A DNA stretch of 64,000 bases from Bacteroidota bacterium (lineage in GTDB: Bacteria; Bacteroidota; Bacteroidia; Cytophagales; Cyclobacteriaceae). Where the stretch lies: positions 1,733-65,732 of the forward strand of contig JBCDKO010000002.1 in assembly GCA_038746525.1 (NCBI GenBank), in the 5' to 3' direction. The notes below the pieces were generated by a model, which worked only from the letters and a program-made list of their open reading frames with translations, did not search any database and was not told where the DNA came from. The translations under genes were made by a program, and so were the position numbers. Of the stretch, positions 1 to 9,866 are shown one piece after another. Numbering within the stretch: position 1 is the first letter of the stretch; every line of letters begins with the position of its first letter.

Positions 1-2295
1 TATCTTCTCAAGATCATATTCCTCACGCTCTCGATTTTGATCCAATTCCCTTTCCCAGTGATATCCTATATTCGGTATAATATCTCTTGCATTCATAAAA
101 AGCCCATTAAAAGTCAAATCTGGTTGTGCCTCACTTTGAGTAAATCCAACGTACTGCTTTTCAGCGGTAATAGTCAATGAGCCGGTAGCCGCAGAATCCA
201 GACTGATTGGAAGCGCAAGTTGGTTAAACTCGTCATCTTTCCATGCTATTTTTATTTGCTGATCGTTCCATTTGATTTCTTTGAATTGAATGAAGTCATC
301 GTGATGTAAGTATAATTTGTCAATAGTGATTAAATATGGATTAGATAGCTGCATGGCCACTTTATACGAAGCTTTTCGCGCATCTGGAAAAAGGTCTAGG
401 TTAAGGTCTAAGCCTGTCAATTTAGGTTGAAGCTCATCTTCTATCCATTTATACTTTTTCTCATAATTAGCATTATCAATCATTTCTTGTGTTTCTGTTT
501 CGAAATTGCCTTTGTCATTTACTTCCCTGACAATAAATGATTGTAAAAAGAAAAACGCAACCAAACACAGAATCACTAATGCCTTACCAGAGAGGTTCAG
601 CTGAGAAGTACGAAATGTTAGTTTTCGAATGAAATTCAAGGAAATACCACGCCTCCAAAAGTGAATCCCGAGCAAAACAAAAACGAAGGCCAAAGCAGAC
701 CATAATAGGAAATACCACCATGAGGCAATCGTCCAGATTCCGTAACCATTTATATCTGAAAAGTCTTCTACACCGGGGGTTAGGGCATATCCAAACCGAA
801 CCTCTTCCATAATACCCATATCAAAACTGATAATATTAAAGAAGTAATAGCCTATTCCTAAAATATGTGTTAGGAATCGATTTCCAGTGAGTCCTGCCAA
901 AAAGAAGACAAGAGCTATATTTTGAAGGTAAGTCAACCACCCCCATTTGTATCCCAATACATCATCAGCATATCTCAAGAGGTCAATTTCTTGCCACCCA
1001 CCCATGAGTATTTGTGCTACGATGCCACAGGAAATTATCACTAAAGCCGTCATAAAGGCTACTCCGCTCATAGCAACAAACTTAGACAAGTTGGTCACCC
1101 AAACCGGAACGGGAAGCGAATCAGTAATCTGCCAGATGTTAGAAATACGGTCTTTGAAGAATAACTCCCCTGCCCAGATCATCAACAGCATCATGATGAA
1201 GAACCCCATAGGTAACCTTACAAATGTCATTGAAGAAGTAAGCGGCTGTGATGGTCCAAGGTAGTAAGTAGCATTCCACATTACATTTTGGAGAAAAAAC
1301 ATCAGTGCCAGAATCCCCATAATAATTTTAAAATTGATGGGCCTCACCACATTTTTAAACTCGAGGGTAGCCAATCGCCAAAACTTGCGGACGAACTCCG
1401 CTGAGGAGAACGTTTGCACCACTTTTGGGATCGTGAGTTTTCCAAACTTAGTTGGTTTCAGATCCTCAAAGATTTTGTTTTTGGATTTACCGGAAGTATT
1501 AACAAACTCCTTGAAAGAGAATTTTCTATAAGCAAAAAAGAAAAGCAAAAGTGTACCCCCTACCCAAAATAGACGGTTCAAATAGAAGGTCGAATTAAAA
1601 GTCAGGAAACCGGTGTTCTTCTGATCTGCGGGAAGTGCATCCATCATCGTGTCGGTATATACATAGGTAAAAGGATCGAGCAATTCGTAAGCCGTTCTGT
1701 TTTCTGCGTTCGCATTAGTACTCTCCGCTACCAAAAAGCACATTACCAAAACGAAAATGCTCAAATAGCCAGCTGCCATTTTTTTAAAGAAAACAATGAC
1801 GGAAAAGCACACCATCGTCAAGATCAGTAGATTCAACATAGTAAGCGTCAAAAACCCATGAAACATCTGTGCCCATGGCATTGGTCCAAACTTGTCCGGA
1901 GTGCCTATACCCGAATAAGGAGTAAGAGCCATTCCTACAAGAATCCCAAACCCGATGATAACATTGATAAGATAGGCAGATAAGAATCTTCCCAGGAAAA
2001 ACTGTTTTTCGTTGATAGGCGTAGCATACATAATTCCTGAAGTTTGATACTGTATATCTTTATATAAAACAGTACCTGTTATCAGTGCAATAACGATGAC
2101 CAAAAGCATTCCTCCCCCGGCAAAATTTTTATAAAATAATGCTGCTCCATTCATGAGGGTTGCATCATTCACGTAGTATTCATAGCTCCCTTGCGTATAC
2201 CAGATCCCTTGAAAAACCAGCATTAGAAAAAAAAGGAGTGTCATTGGCTGCTTAAAGCGTGCCCGGAGTTCGAATCGTAAAATTTTTGCAATCAT
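1..2295 (-). CDS. ABC-2 type permease / M1 aminopeptidase-like fusion, paralog 2 (C-terminus runs off the window start; not in ORF track)
   Basis: Manual translation from ATG at 2295 (MIAKILRFELRARFKQPMTLLFF...YKNFAGGG...LYKDIQY...FFLGRFLSAY) stays open to base 1 (...EYDLEKI) and aligns co-linearly with 3248..6526. Confidence 0.9.
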   Translation of the reverse strand, partial: MIAKILRFELRARFKQPMTLLFFLMLVFQGIWYTQGSYEYYVNDATLMNGAALFYKNFAGGGMLLVIVIALITGTVLYKDIQYQTSGIMYATPINEKQFFLGRFLSAYLINVIIGFGILVGMALTPYSGIGTPDKFGPMPWAQMFHGFLTLTMLNLLILTMVCFSVIVFFKKMAAGYLSIFVLVMCFLVAESTNANAENRTAYELLDPFTYVYTDTMMDALPADQKNTGFLTFNSTFYLNRLFWVGGTLLLFFFAYRKFSFKEFVNTSGKSKNKIFEDLKPTKFGKLTIPKVVQTFSSAEFVRKFWRLATLEFKNVVRPINFKIIMGILALMFFLQNVMWNATYYLGPSQPLTSSMTFVRLPMGFFIMMLLMIWAGELFFKDRISNIWQITDSLPVPVWVTNLSKFVAMSGVAFMTALVIISCGIVAQILMGGWQEIDLLRYADDVLGYKWGWLTYLQNIALVFFLAGLTGNRFLTHILGIGYYFFNIISFDMGIMEEVRFGYALTPGVEDFSDINGYGIWTIASWWYFLLWSALAFVFVLLGIHFWRRGISLNFIRKLTFRTSQLNLSGKALVILCLVAFFFLQSFIVREVNDKGNFETETQEMIDNANYEKKYKWIEDELQPKLTGLDLNLDLFPDARKASYKVAMQLSNPYLITIDKLYLHHDDFIQFKEIKWNDQQIKIAWKDDEFNQLALPISLDSAATGSLTITAEKQYVGFTQSEAQPDLTFNGLFMNARDIIPNIGYHWERELDQNREREEYDLEKI

Positions 2296-2306
2296 AAGTG
2301 TAGTGT

Positions 2307-3194
2307 TTAGGCTTCGACAAGTAGTTTCTGCTTTGAAAGCTCATAGAAATACGCATCTTCCAACATCGGAGATTTAGCCCAGAACTCCCCATCTGGCAAG
2401 TCGTCGGAGATAACCGTAATCAACAGTTTACCCAAATGAAATCGACTTGAAATTACATTCAAGGTATCCTCATAAGTAGATAAATCTTCTTTATCTATTT
2501 GTTTTTCCCAGATTTTTCCAGCCAGCGCTTTTTCTACCTCTTCGGGTGACCCGGTCAATAAAACCTCACCCTTTCCGATAATGGCCATCTGATTACAAAG
2601 AGTGCTGACATCTTCCACAATATGCGTGGATAAAATAACCACTGTGTTTTCACCGATTTCTGATAATAAGTTATAAAAGCGATTACGCTCCATGGGATCA
2701 AGACCAGCAGTGGGCTCATCTACAATGATCAATTTCGGATCTCCAAGTAGTGCCTGCGCTATTCCAAATCGCTGCTTCATTCCACCGGAGTATCCCCCTA
2801 ATTTTTTATTTCGCACATCCCAAAGATTCACTTTTTTAAGCAGTGCATCCACCTGTTCTTTTCGCTCCGAAGGATTGATGATCCCTTTCATATCAGCGAT
2901 ATGGGTGAGCAATTCCGTTGCGGTAGCTGCGGGATAGACACCAAACTCCTGAGGCAAATACCCTAAAACTTGCCTCAGTTTATCGGGTTCTTTTATCACA
3001 TCAACATCATCAAAATGGATGCTTCCACTGTCCGCATCCTGCAATGTGGCAATAGTTCGCATCAGTGTGGATTTGCCTGCGCCATTCTGACCCAGAAGAC
3101 CGAACATTCCTTTGCTAATGTTCAGACTTACATTCTTGAGCGCTTGCACACCATTAGGGTATGTTTTTGATAGATTATTTATTTCTAGTTGCAT
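2307..3194 (-). CDS. ABC transporter ATP-binding protein (CcmA/ABC-2 type)
   Basis: Walker A GQNGAGKST, signature YSGGMKQ, Walker B IIVDEPTAGLD, H-loop STHIVED. Confidence 0.95.
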   Translation of the reverse strand: MQLEINNLSKTYPNGVQALKNVSLNISKGMFGLLGQNGAGKSTLMRTIATLQDADSGSIHFDDVDVIKEPDKLRQVLGYLPQEFGVYPAATATELLTHIADMKGIINPSERKEQVDALLKKVNLWDVRNKKLGGYSGGMKQRFGIAQALLGDPKLIIVDEPTAGLDPMERNRFYNLLSEIGENTVVILSTHIVEDVSTLCNQMAIIGKGEVLLTGSPEEVEKALAGKIWEKQIDKEDLSTYEDTLNVISSRFHLGKLLITVISDDLPDGEFWAKSPMLEDAYFYELSKQKLLVEA

Positions 3195-3247
3195 GATATG
3201 ATTGATTTAAGTAATGGTCACTTTAAATTTTTCCGGTACTGTTACAA

Positions 3248-6200
3248 TTACTGAATAACTTCTTCGAATCCGGTTTTTATAGCCTCAACATCCTCCTCCG
3301 ATAGCTGAGCTATCGCGCTACTTCTCAGAAGTGTTAAATACAAATCGTAAAAAGTACCCTTTTCTTCCAGACCTTCTGCCCAGGTTTTGACAATATGGTT
3401 GAATTGATCGATACCTACTACATCATTCAGTTGATAAAGCTCAATCGTACCTTTGTTTCTTTCAAGGTACTCAATACCATCTGCATTTATCAATGGTTGC
3501 TCTACATTTGGTTCATTGCCGCGTTCTCGAACATATAACCCTCTTTTCTTTGTAAGCAACCAGTCAATTCCTTCTTGGCCGTGTAGCTCATTGATGAGCT
3601 GCATGGCCAGGCATTCAGGAAGTGCATAGCGAAGCATATCTGCGCCTTGAACGTTGGCAATCGCAACATTTTGCATCACCCAATGTGAAATCAAATTAGC
3701 GGCAATGGTGAAGTTCATGTAAACCCGATTGTCAAAAGAGGTGGAATCAGCAAACCATCCTTCTTTTTCTGAAATCGCAATGGTATTCGGAAATGTGTAG
3801 TGTGGCTCCTGATAGAAAGGAATTTCAATCAGCTTCACTTCACCGTATGGATAATCACCTAGCCTGGCCTCTATAAAATCCAGTGCCACAGAAAATGAAT
3901 TTTTGAAAAATGGTATGTTATAGGCATGCTCAGGTTTATGGTAAATGTGGCATTTTGTCTTTCCATAATTGAAAGAAAACTTTTTGTAATCAGCCGATCC
4001 AAAATACCATTCATAAGGTGCAGGGGCTTCAAGTGAGTACTTAAAATGGTTCCTTCCATCTTCCTGCCATGAATTGATCAGCGCTCCCGGACCAACAGCC
4101 ACTTGATCAACTGTCGTGCTCAACTCTACGGAACCCTTTAGCCACAAAGCATCTGGCGAGTATGCATCTTCTTGTAGAGCAATCGAATCCGTCACCGCAG
4201 ACATACGAGGGCCGAGCTTTTCCATTCCCCAATCTCTGCGGTACCGGTTCTCCATCAACTCACGATCGTCTTTGTAACCTATACTCGGAAGCAGATCCTG
4301 AGCCCTAAGAAAAGACCCATTGTAAGTCAACTCCGGCTGTTGCGTCTTCTTATCTTGTGTAAACCCAATGTGCGCCCTTGAACCTTTGATTTGCAATGAA
4401 CCCACTGAATCACTAAGCATTCCAATACCAAGAGCCATCATATTAAGTTCCAAATCAACCCATGCTGGTTGTAATTTTTCTCCATTCCAGATCAAATCCT
4501 TATACTGAGTAAAATCCGGAAAATTGAGATATAGCGTATCAATATCGCTTTTCTGAGGGTTACTAAGGCTGTAAGTAGCCTCAAAACGCGCAGACCTATT
4601 TTGAGGACTAAAATCTAGCTTTACGTCAACCTGAGTAATTTTGGGCTGTGGGTAAGATGATAATTTTTTATATTTTTTTTCGTATTCTGCATCTTTTTGC
4701 TGTGTTTGAAGTTTCGATTCAAAATTCCCTTTTGCATGAACATTATTGAGAATAAAAAACTGTAAATAAATGAAGGATGCCAGCGAAACACCAACAACAG
4801 TTTTACCAAACCAATTAAGTTGATTTCCTCTAAAGGAAAGTTTTTGAGGGAATTTATGACTTATGCCTCGCTTCCAGAAATAGATGCCCAGTGCCAAAAA
4901 AGCAATAGCAAGGGTAGTCCATAAAAGAAAAAACCATGGAATTGATGTTTGCCAAATGCCGTATCCATTCATCTCCGAGTAGTCATCCACTCCGGGTACG
5001 AACATGTAGATGAAGCGGAGTTCTTCAATAATCTCTAAGTCAAAGCTGACCAGGTTGAAGAAGTAGATCCCAACAGATAGGATATGTGTAGCGAACCTAT
5101 GAGCCGTTAATCCCGCTATTAGGCAAACAAGTGCCAGCATTTGCAGGTAATTCAACCACCCCCAATTGTACCCCAGTAAATCAGTAAAATAGAGTGTGAA
5201 ATTAATTTCGTCTGAGGCTCCTTTAATTACTTGTGCTGTGATTCCAAATACAATAAACATACTGGAGATCAAAAGCGTCACTACGCTCATTGCGAGAAAC
5301 TTGGAGAGTACGGTTATCCACACCGGAACCGGGAGAGCGTCCTTCACCTGCCAAAGCCCAATCACTCTGTCTTTGAATAACAATTCGGTGGTCCAAATCA
5401 TAAGAATGAGCGAGACCCAGGTGCCCGTTGAAATACGCGTCAACGTCATCGTAGAAGTGAGTGGATAACTGGAGCCTACATAGAAAGAAGAGTTCCAAAG
5501 TAAGTTGCTTAAGAAAAAAACAATGCTTAAGATGAATATGAGTACTCTAAAACCCGGAGTGCGGACAACATTCTTCATCTCCAATAAAGAGAACCTCAAA
5601 AGTTTTCTAAAAAAATCGGTAAACTGATAGCTAAGATGTACTTTGGGAATCAAAATGCCCGTATTTGCCCCGGAAAGAGGCAGTGGTTTCTTATTAATGG
5701 GTTTTCTTTTCACAGAATTTACATTTCCAGCTACAAACCCTTTGAAAGTAAAAGATCTGTAACCAATCCATAGCATGATAAGGGAAAATCCCAGCCAAAC
5801 CACCCTGTTCAGTAAAAACATGTGATTTAGTGGTAAGTAGGCCTCATTCCTTTGAGCTACAGGAATGGTATCAATGGTTGTGGTAGTATATACAAAGGAG
5901 GAAGGGTCAAGGATCTGTAATAATTCAAGGTGAGAGGAATCCGGCCGGAGTGTTTCACAAACAAAAAACAGGAGTGTGATAAAGAATATACTCAAATAGC
6001 TGGAAGCAATTCGCTTCGTCAATACCAGACAAGAAATGCTAACAGCAGTGTACACAAATAAGTTAGTAGCAGTAAATACAAAAAAACCATAAAACATCTG
6101 GCTCCATGGAGTGGGGCCAAACTGATCCGCATCACCTATCCCTGAGTAAGGGACGAGAACCATCCCAACAAACATCCCGAATCCAAGAATTAGGTTGATG

Positions 6201-6526
6201 ACGTATGCTGATAAGAACCTTCCGAGAAAGAAAGTTTTGTCATTAACTGAGGTGGTATAAATAATTCCCGCAGATTTATACTGTATATCCTTATACAGAA
6301 GTGAACCGGTGACTAGCGCAATAATTATCGTCATGACGATGCCACCACCTGCGAAACTTCTGTAGAATAAGACCGCTCCATTCATTTTGGTAGTATCATT
6401 GACATAAATGTCGTATGAACCCTGTAAAAACCATATGGATTGAAAGGCCATCAAAGCAAAAAACAGGAAGAAAAGCGGTTGCTTTAAACGGCTTAGAAGC
6501 TCGAATTGCAAAATTTTCTTAATCAT
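3248..6526 (-). CDS. ABC-2 type permease / M1 aminopeptidase-like fusion, paralog 1 (M1 site degenerate)
   Basis: Two multi-TM blocks then a soluble M1-like region (EIPFYQ..FPNTIAISE, ANVQGADML, NKGTIELY); HExxH absent. Confidence 0.85.
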   Translation of the reverse strand: MIKKILQFELLSRLKQPLFFLFFALMAFQSIWFLQGSYDIYVNDTTKMNGAVLFYRSFAGGGIVMTIIIALVTGSLLYKDIQYKSAGIIYTTSVNDKTFFLGRFLSAYVINLILGFGMFVGMVLVPYSGIGDADQFGPTPWSQMFYGFFVFTATNLFVYTAVSISCLVLTKRIASSYLSIFFITLLFFVCETLRPDSSHLELLQILDPSSFVYTTTTIDTIPVAQRNEAYLPLNHMFLLNRVVWLGFSLIMLWIGYRSFTFKGFVAGNVNSVKRKPINKKPLPLSGANTGILIPKVHLSYQFTDFFRKLLRFSLLEMKNVVRTPGFRVLIFILSIVFFLSNLLWNSSFYVGSSYPLTSTMTLTRISTGTWVSLILMIWTTELLFKDRVIGLWQVKDALPVPVWITVLSKFLAMSVVTLLISSMFIVFGITAQVIKGASDEINFTLYFTDLLGYNWGWLNYLQMLALVCLIAGLTAHRFATHILSVGIYFFNLVSFDLEIIEELRFIYMFVPGVDDYSEMNGYGIWQTSIPWFFLLWTTLAIAFLALGIYFWKRGISHKFPQKLSFRGNQLNWFGKTVVGVSLASFIYLQFFILNNVHAKGNFESKLQTQQKDAEYEKKYKKLSSYPQPKITQVDVKLDFSPQNRSARFEATYSLSNPQKSDIDTLYLNFPDFTQYKDLIWNGEKLQPAWVDLELNMMALGIGMLSDSVGSLQIKGSRAHIGFTQDKKTQQPELTYNGSFLRAQDLLPSIGYKDDRELMENRYRRDWGMEKLGPRMSAVTDSIALQEDAYSPDALWLKGSVELSTTVDQVAVGPGALINSWQEDGRNHFKYSLEAPAPYEWYFGSADYKKFSFNYGKTKCHIYHKPEHAYNIPFFKNSFSVALDFIEARLGDYPYGEVKLIEIPFYQEPHYTFPNTIAISEKEGWFADSTSFDNRVYMNFTIAANLISHWVMQNVAIANVQGADMLRYALPECLAMQLINELHGQEGIDWLLTKKRGLYVRERGNEPNVEQPLINADGIEYLERNKGTIELYQLNDVVGIDQFNHIVKTWAEGLEEKGTFYDLYLTLLRSSAIAQLSEEDVEAIKTGFEEVIQ

Positions 6527-6595
6527 ATCACGTAAACATTTAGTTTTTTATTATTATATCTCTGCTAGAACATTTCACTGTGCAATCATCTATTT

Positions 6596-7981
6596 TCATC
6601 CGGTTACGGCCGCATTTGTACCTTCAATGATTGGAGCTTGAGACAATGCTTTAAATAGTTTCATCACCACAAGTAGCATCCAGATTGTAATAACCACATC
6701 AATAAGTGTAGAGCCATAATACACCCATTCCACCCCAAAAAACCGTGGAAGCAGTAACATCACTGGTACATAAAGCAGGATCTGACGCGCCATACCAATG
6801 ATACTACCAGACTTTGCTTCGTTGATCGCCGGAAGAAAGGTCATTGTCATGAAGACAAGTGGTAAAAGCGGAAGTACAAGCATGTAAATTCGGAAACTTA
6901 AAATATCCTGCTTGGTAAAGAGCATGTCCGGTAATACCAGCTGCATGCATAGAGTTGGAAACACTGTGAGTAGGATCCAGAAAGGTACGATCAACAAAAC
7001 GCCCGTTTTTGAGAACAAAACAAAACTCTCTTTGACTCTTTCATAAAGTTTCGCTCCAAAATTGATCCCAATCACCGGCTGTAAGGCACGCATTAAACCA
7101 ATAAGGGGCATCATTAAAAAGAAATGCAACCGATTAGCTGCTGCGAAAAAGGCCAAATCGTGTTCAGTGCCGGTATTGACAATGGCATTGAAAACAATAA
7201 TGGCCTGAATCAGATAGGTTAGCGCCATCATAAATCCCGGAAATCCCATTTTCATAATCAACTGAAAAACCTCTTTATTATATCTTAGGGATTTTATCTC
7301 TGAAGTGAAGGATGCCCTCCCCTTTAGAAAATATACATAACCAACAATCGAATAAATCAACATGCCGATATTCGTGCCCCATGCTGCACCTGCCACTCCC
7401 ATATCCAGTACACTTATGAAAACTGGTGTGACTACGAGATTAACCGTGAGTCCATAACTCATCATACGCGCAGCAGTTGCCATCCTTCCCTCTCCACGGA
7501 TAATCATATTGAGCGTAAGCCCATATACCCAAAATGGAGATGCCAGCATAGTAATTTTGAAATAGGTAACTCCCTCGGATAATATAGCTCCATAGCCCCC
7601 CATCATGCGAATCAAAGGCTCTGCAAAAAAATACGCAGGTAGAGCTATAAAAAATGTACAGGCAATTGCGAATAAGGTGGCATTAGGAAGGATGTTCACT
7701 TGTGTCTTCTCATCTTCATCTCCAATAGCGATACTCAATAGATTAGCTGCGCCCGTTCCTGCCCAGGCACCTAATCCAAGCAAGATAGAGGTTAAAGGGT
7801 AAGCCAACGCCACTCCAGAAAGGGCGGTTTCATTCATTAATTGACCAATATAAACAGTGTCCATGAAGGTATTCAATCCATAAAGCACCATAGCAGCTAT
7901 GGCAGGAAGAGAGAGCCTCCACATTATCTTTAGTAAAGATTCGTTTAGAATGAATTTTTTTTGCTTATCCTTTAAATCCAA
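6596..7981 (-). CDS. MATE family efflux transporter
   Basis: About 12 TM segments; MWRLSLPAI, DTVYIGQL..ALSGVALAYP, IIRGEG, QPVIGINFGAK motifs. Confidence 0.92.
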   Translation of the reverse strand: MDLKDKQKKFILNESLLKIMWRLSLPAIAAMVLYGLNTFMDTVYIGQLMNETALSGVALAYPLTSILLGLGAWAGTGAANLLSIAIGDEDEKTQVNILPNATLFAIACTFFIALPAYFFAEPLIRMMGGYGAILSEGVTYFKITMLASPFWVYGLTLNMIIRGEGRMATAARMMSYGLTVNLVVTPVFISVLDMGVAGAAWGTNIGMLIYSIVGYVYFLKGRASFTSEIKSLRYNKEVFQLIMKMGFPGFMMALTYLIQAIIVFNAIVNTGTEHDLAFFAAANRLHFFLMMPLIGLMRALQPVIGINFGAKLYERVKESFVLFSKTGVLLIVPFWILLTVFPTLCMQLVLPDMLFTKQDILSFRIYMLVLPLLPLVFMTMTFLPAINEAKSGSIIGMARQILLYVPVMLLLPRFFGVEWVYYGSTLIDVVITIWMLLVVMKLFKALSQAPIIEGTNAAVTG

Positions 7982-7993
7982 TTTATCTGAAGT

Positions 7994-8437
7994 TTAGTTT
8001 ATAACAAAGTGTTTTAAATGACCGCTTTCACTGATAATTAGGATAAAAGTGGAAAGTGATACAAACATCCCCATACCAAAGAAAAAAGGGTCCGCAAAGG
8101 GAATATCATGAAAAAGGTGGATGAGGAAAATATTGAAAGCGATCGGAAGATGTATCAATAATCCTATGAACCAATACTTTTTCGTAAAAAGTAATATACC
8201 AATCAGAACATGAAAAAAACGGACGCTAATTCCTAGGTAAGTATCCATCATGGCGTTAAAAAAAACTCTAAACTTATCGCCAAAAAGCAAAATACCTTCA
8301 TTTTGAGGGTTATACCCTACAGTGAAAAACTCAACTATTCCCATGATAGCAATGAATAGCAGAACTGCCCCAAGTAACCATCTGATTATTTTCTTTATCG
8401 GTTTCAATTGAAAGTGTATTAGGTTGGTTTTAGTCAT
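7994..8437 (-). CDS. DoxX-like membrane protein
   Basis: Four hydrophobic segments; RWLLGAVLL..G, GILLFTKKY..GLLIHLPIAFNIFLIH pattern. Confidence 0.6.
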   Translation of the reverse strand: MTKTNLIHFQLKPIKKIIRWLLGAVLLFIAIMGIVEFFTVGYNPQNEGILLFGDKFRVFFNAMMDTYLGISVRFFHVLIGILLFTKKYWFIGLLIHLPIAFNIFLIHLFHDIPFADPFFFGMGMFVSLSTFILIISESGHLKHFVIN

Positions 8438-8471
8438 TGGACGAACCGGTTAGTTTTGGAAGTAAGAGTCA

Positions 8472-9377
8472 TTAGATAGAAAATGTACCATCTGTGATTG
8501 AATAAATAACCTCGCCATTTTGATACGCCTTTAGACTAAATCTTCCTCTTGTTATCGAAGAAAAATCGACGACTTGTTCCTCAATGACAAATTCACCGTC
8601 ATATTGAAAGTCTTTCCATTCACCATTTCGTTCCTTGAGCACGATAGCTTCGTAAGCTCCCTCATACTTTCTAACTGTTACAAGATCAATAGAATCATTT
8701 TCATTAAAGGAATAGACACCAACATCCATATCTTTCAACTCATCGCTGGTTACAATTGCAATGCTGAAACCATCATCTGAAATACCATTCCATACGCTTT
8801 TAAATGAAGTAATTGAATTCTGATTGTTTCTTGTCTGTGAGGTAAATCCTATAATATCCACCACATTAAAGGCTTCCTGATTAATGTGAGCGTTTATTTC
8901 CCTTTGACTTGCCGTGCAATCAATACTTTTTAGATTTTCTATTTTCACTTTACCTGCTATTGACTTTGTATTTTGACTTTCATCAATTTCATATAAAGTC
9001 CCATCAAACTCAAAACTTAAGGTCCTATCAAGTGGAGAAAAGGCATAATTTTCAATGAAAAAAACTTCTGAAGAAAGATAGTCTGCTGTTTTGAATTGCC
9101 TTCCTATCACGTCAGAAAAATCCAAATAGGTAATCTCTTTTATTCGTCCATCTGTTGTAATAGCTATTTCTAATCGAACCCTTGAACTATCTACGATAAA
9201 ATAAGAAGTGTTTAGGAAAATATTTTCACAATTCTCATTAGCGAATGATTCATCTTCTGCGAACGTAAATGTTTGATCGTTTAGTTGAATTTCCATTAGC
9301 TGTTTAATGGCCGGTAATTCTTCCGAACTACATCCAAAAATTAAAGCCAGAACCAATAGAATTAGATGTTTCCTCAT
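8472..9377 (-). CDS. Hypothetical lipoprotein, probably two beta-rich domains
   Basis: Likely start ATG 9377 (MRKHLILLVLALIFGC, lipobox); ORF track start 9434 overlaps the upstream gene; beta-strand-rich, ends YSITDGTFSI. Confidence 0.7.
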   Translation of the reverse strand: MRKHLILLVLALIFGCSSEELPAIKQLMEIQLNDQTFTFAEDESFANENCENIFLNTSYFIVDSSRVRLEIAITTDGRIKEITYLDFSDVIGRQFKTADYLSSEVFFIENYAFSPLDRTLSFEFDGTLYEIDESQNTKSIAGKVKIENLKSIDCTASQREINAHINQEAFNVVDIIGFTSQTRNNQNSITSFKSVWNGISDDGFSIAIVTSDELKDMDVGVYSFNENDSIDLVTVRKYEGAYEAIVLKERNGEWKDFQYDGEFVIEEQVVDFSSITRGRFSLKAYQNGEVIYSITDGTFSI

Positions 9378-9424
9378 AGCTGTTCCTATAGGACCTATAA
9401 ATATGAACTGCTTTTGTACATCCC

Positions 9425-9841
9425 TTATATCCATTTAAGCTGTGGTTTAAGAAAAACAGCCTTTAATTCTTTGAAATGGCTCAGCAGCAAAACACTATTG
9501 AGCAGAAAAATGACACTGTCAAAAATGATGAACCCCGTATATCTCGAAATAAATACTTGGGTCATTAGCAGACACAACATTAACGGTACCATCATTACTG
9601 CACCCAACAAATACGTCTTTTTGAAAACAAGTAACAGGCCATTAAGAAGTTGGAAAAACCCTACGAAGTAGAGATATCCCGTACCCATCAGAAAATCATA
9701 GAACTCGAAAAATTTCGGATCGGTCATCTCCACATCTGATTTGAAGACAGAAGGATTGTATGGCAGGAATAGCTTTTCTATTCCTGCATATACAAAAATC
9801 AATACCAAAAGAAACCGGATGATATATCGCGCTATTTCCAT
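9425..9841 (-). CDS. DoxX-like membrane protein
   Basis: RFLLVLIFVYAGIEKLF, GTGYLYFVGFFQLLNGLLL, LLGAVMMVP; four TM segments. Confidence 0.75.
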   Translation of the reverse strand: MEIARYIIRFLLVLIFVYAGIEKLFLPYNPSVFKSDVEMTDPKFFEFYDFLMGTGYLYFVGFFQLLNGLLLVFKKTYLLGAVMMVPLMLCLLMTQVFISRYTGFIIFDSVIFLLNSVLLLSHFKELKAVFLKPQLKWI

Positions 9842-9866
9842 AAGGCTGAACTTGCCTCAATCACTG

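Noticed and set aside
947-1531. Plus-strand ORFs 947..1264 and 1334..1531
   Set aside because: Antisense shadows of the unlisted permease-M1 gene on the minus strand; the same applies to most short ORFs nested in long genes across the window
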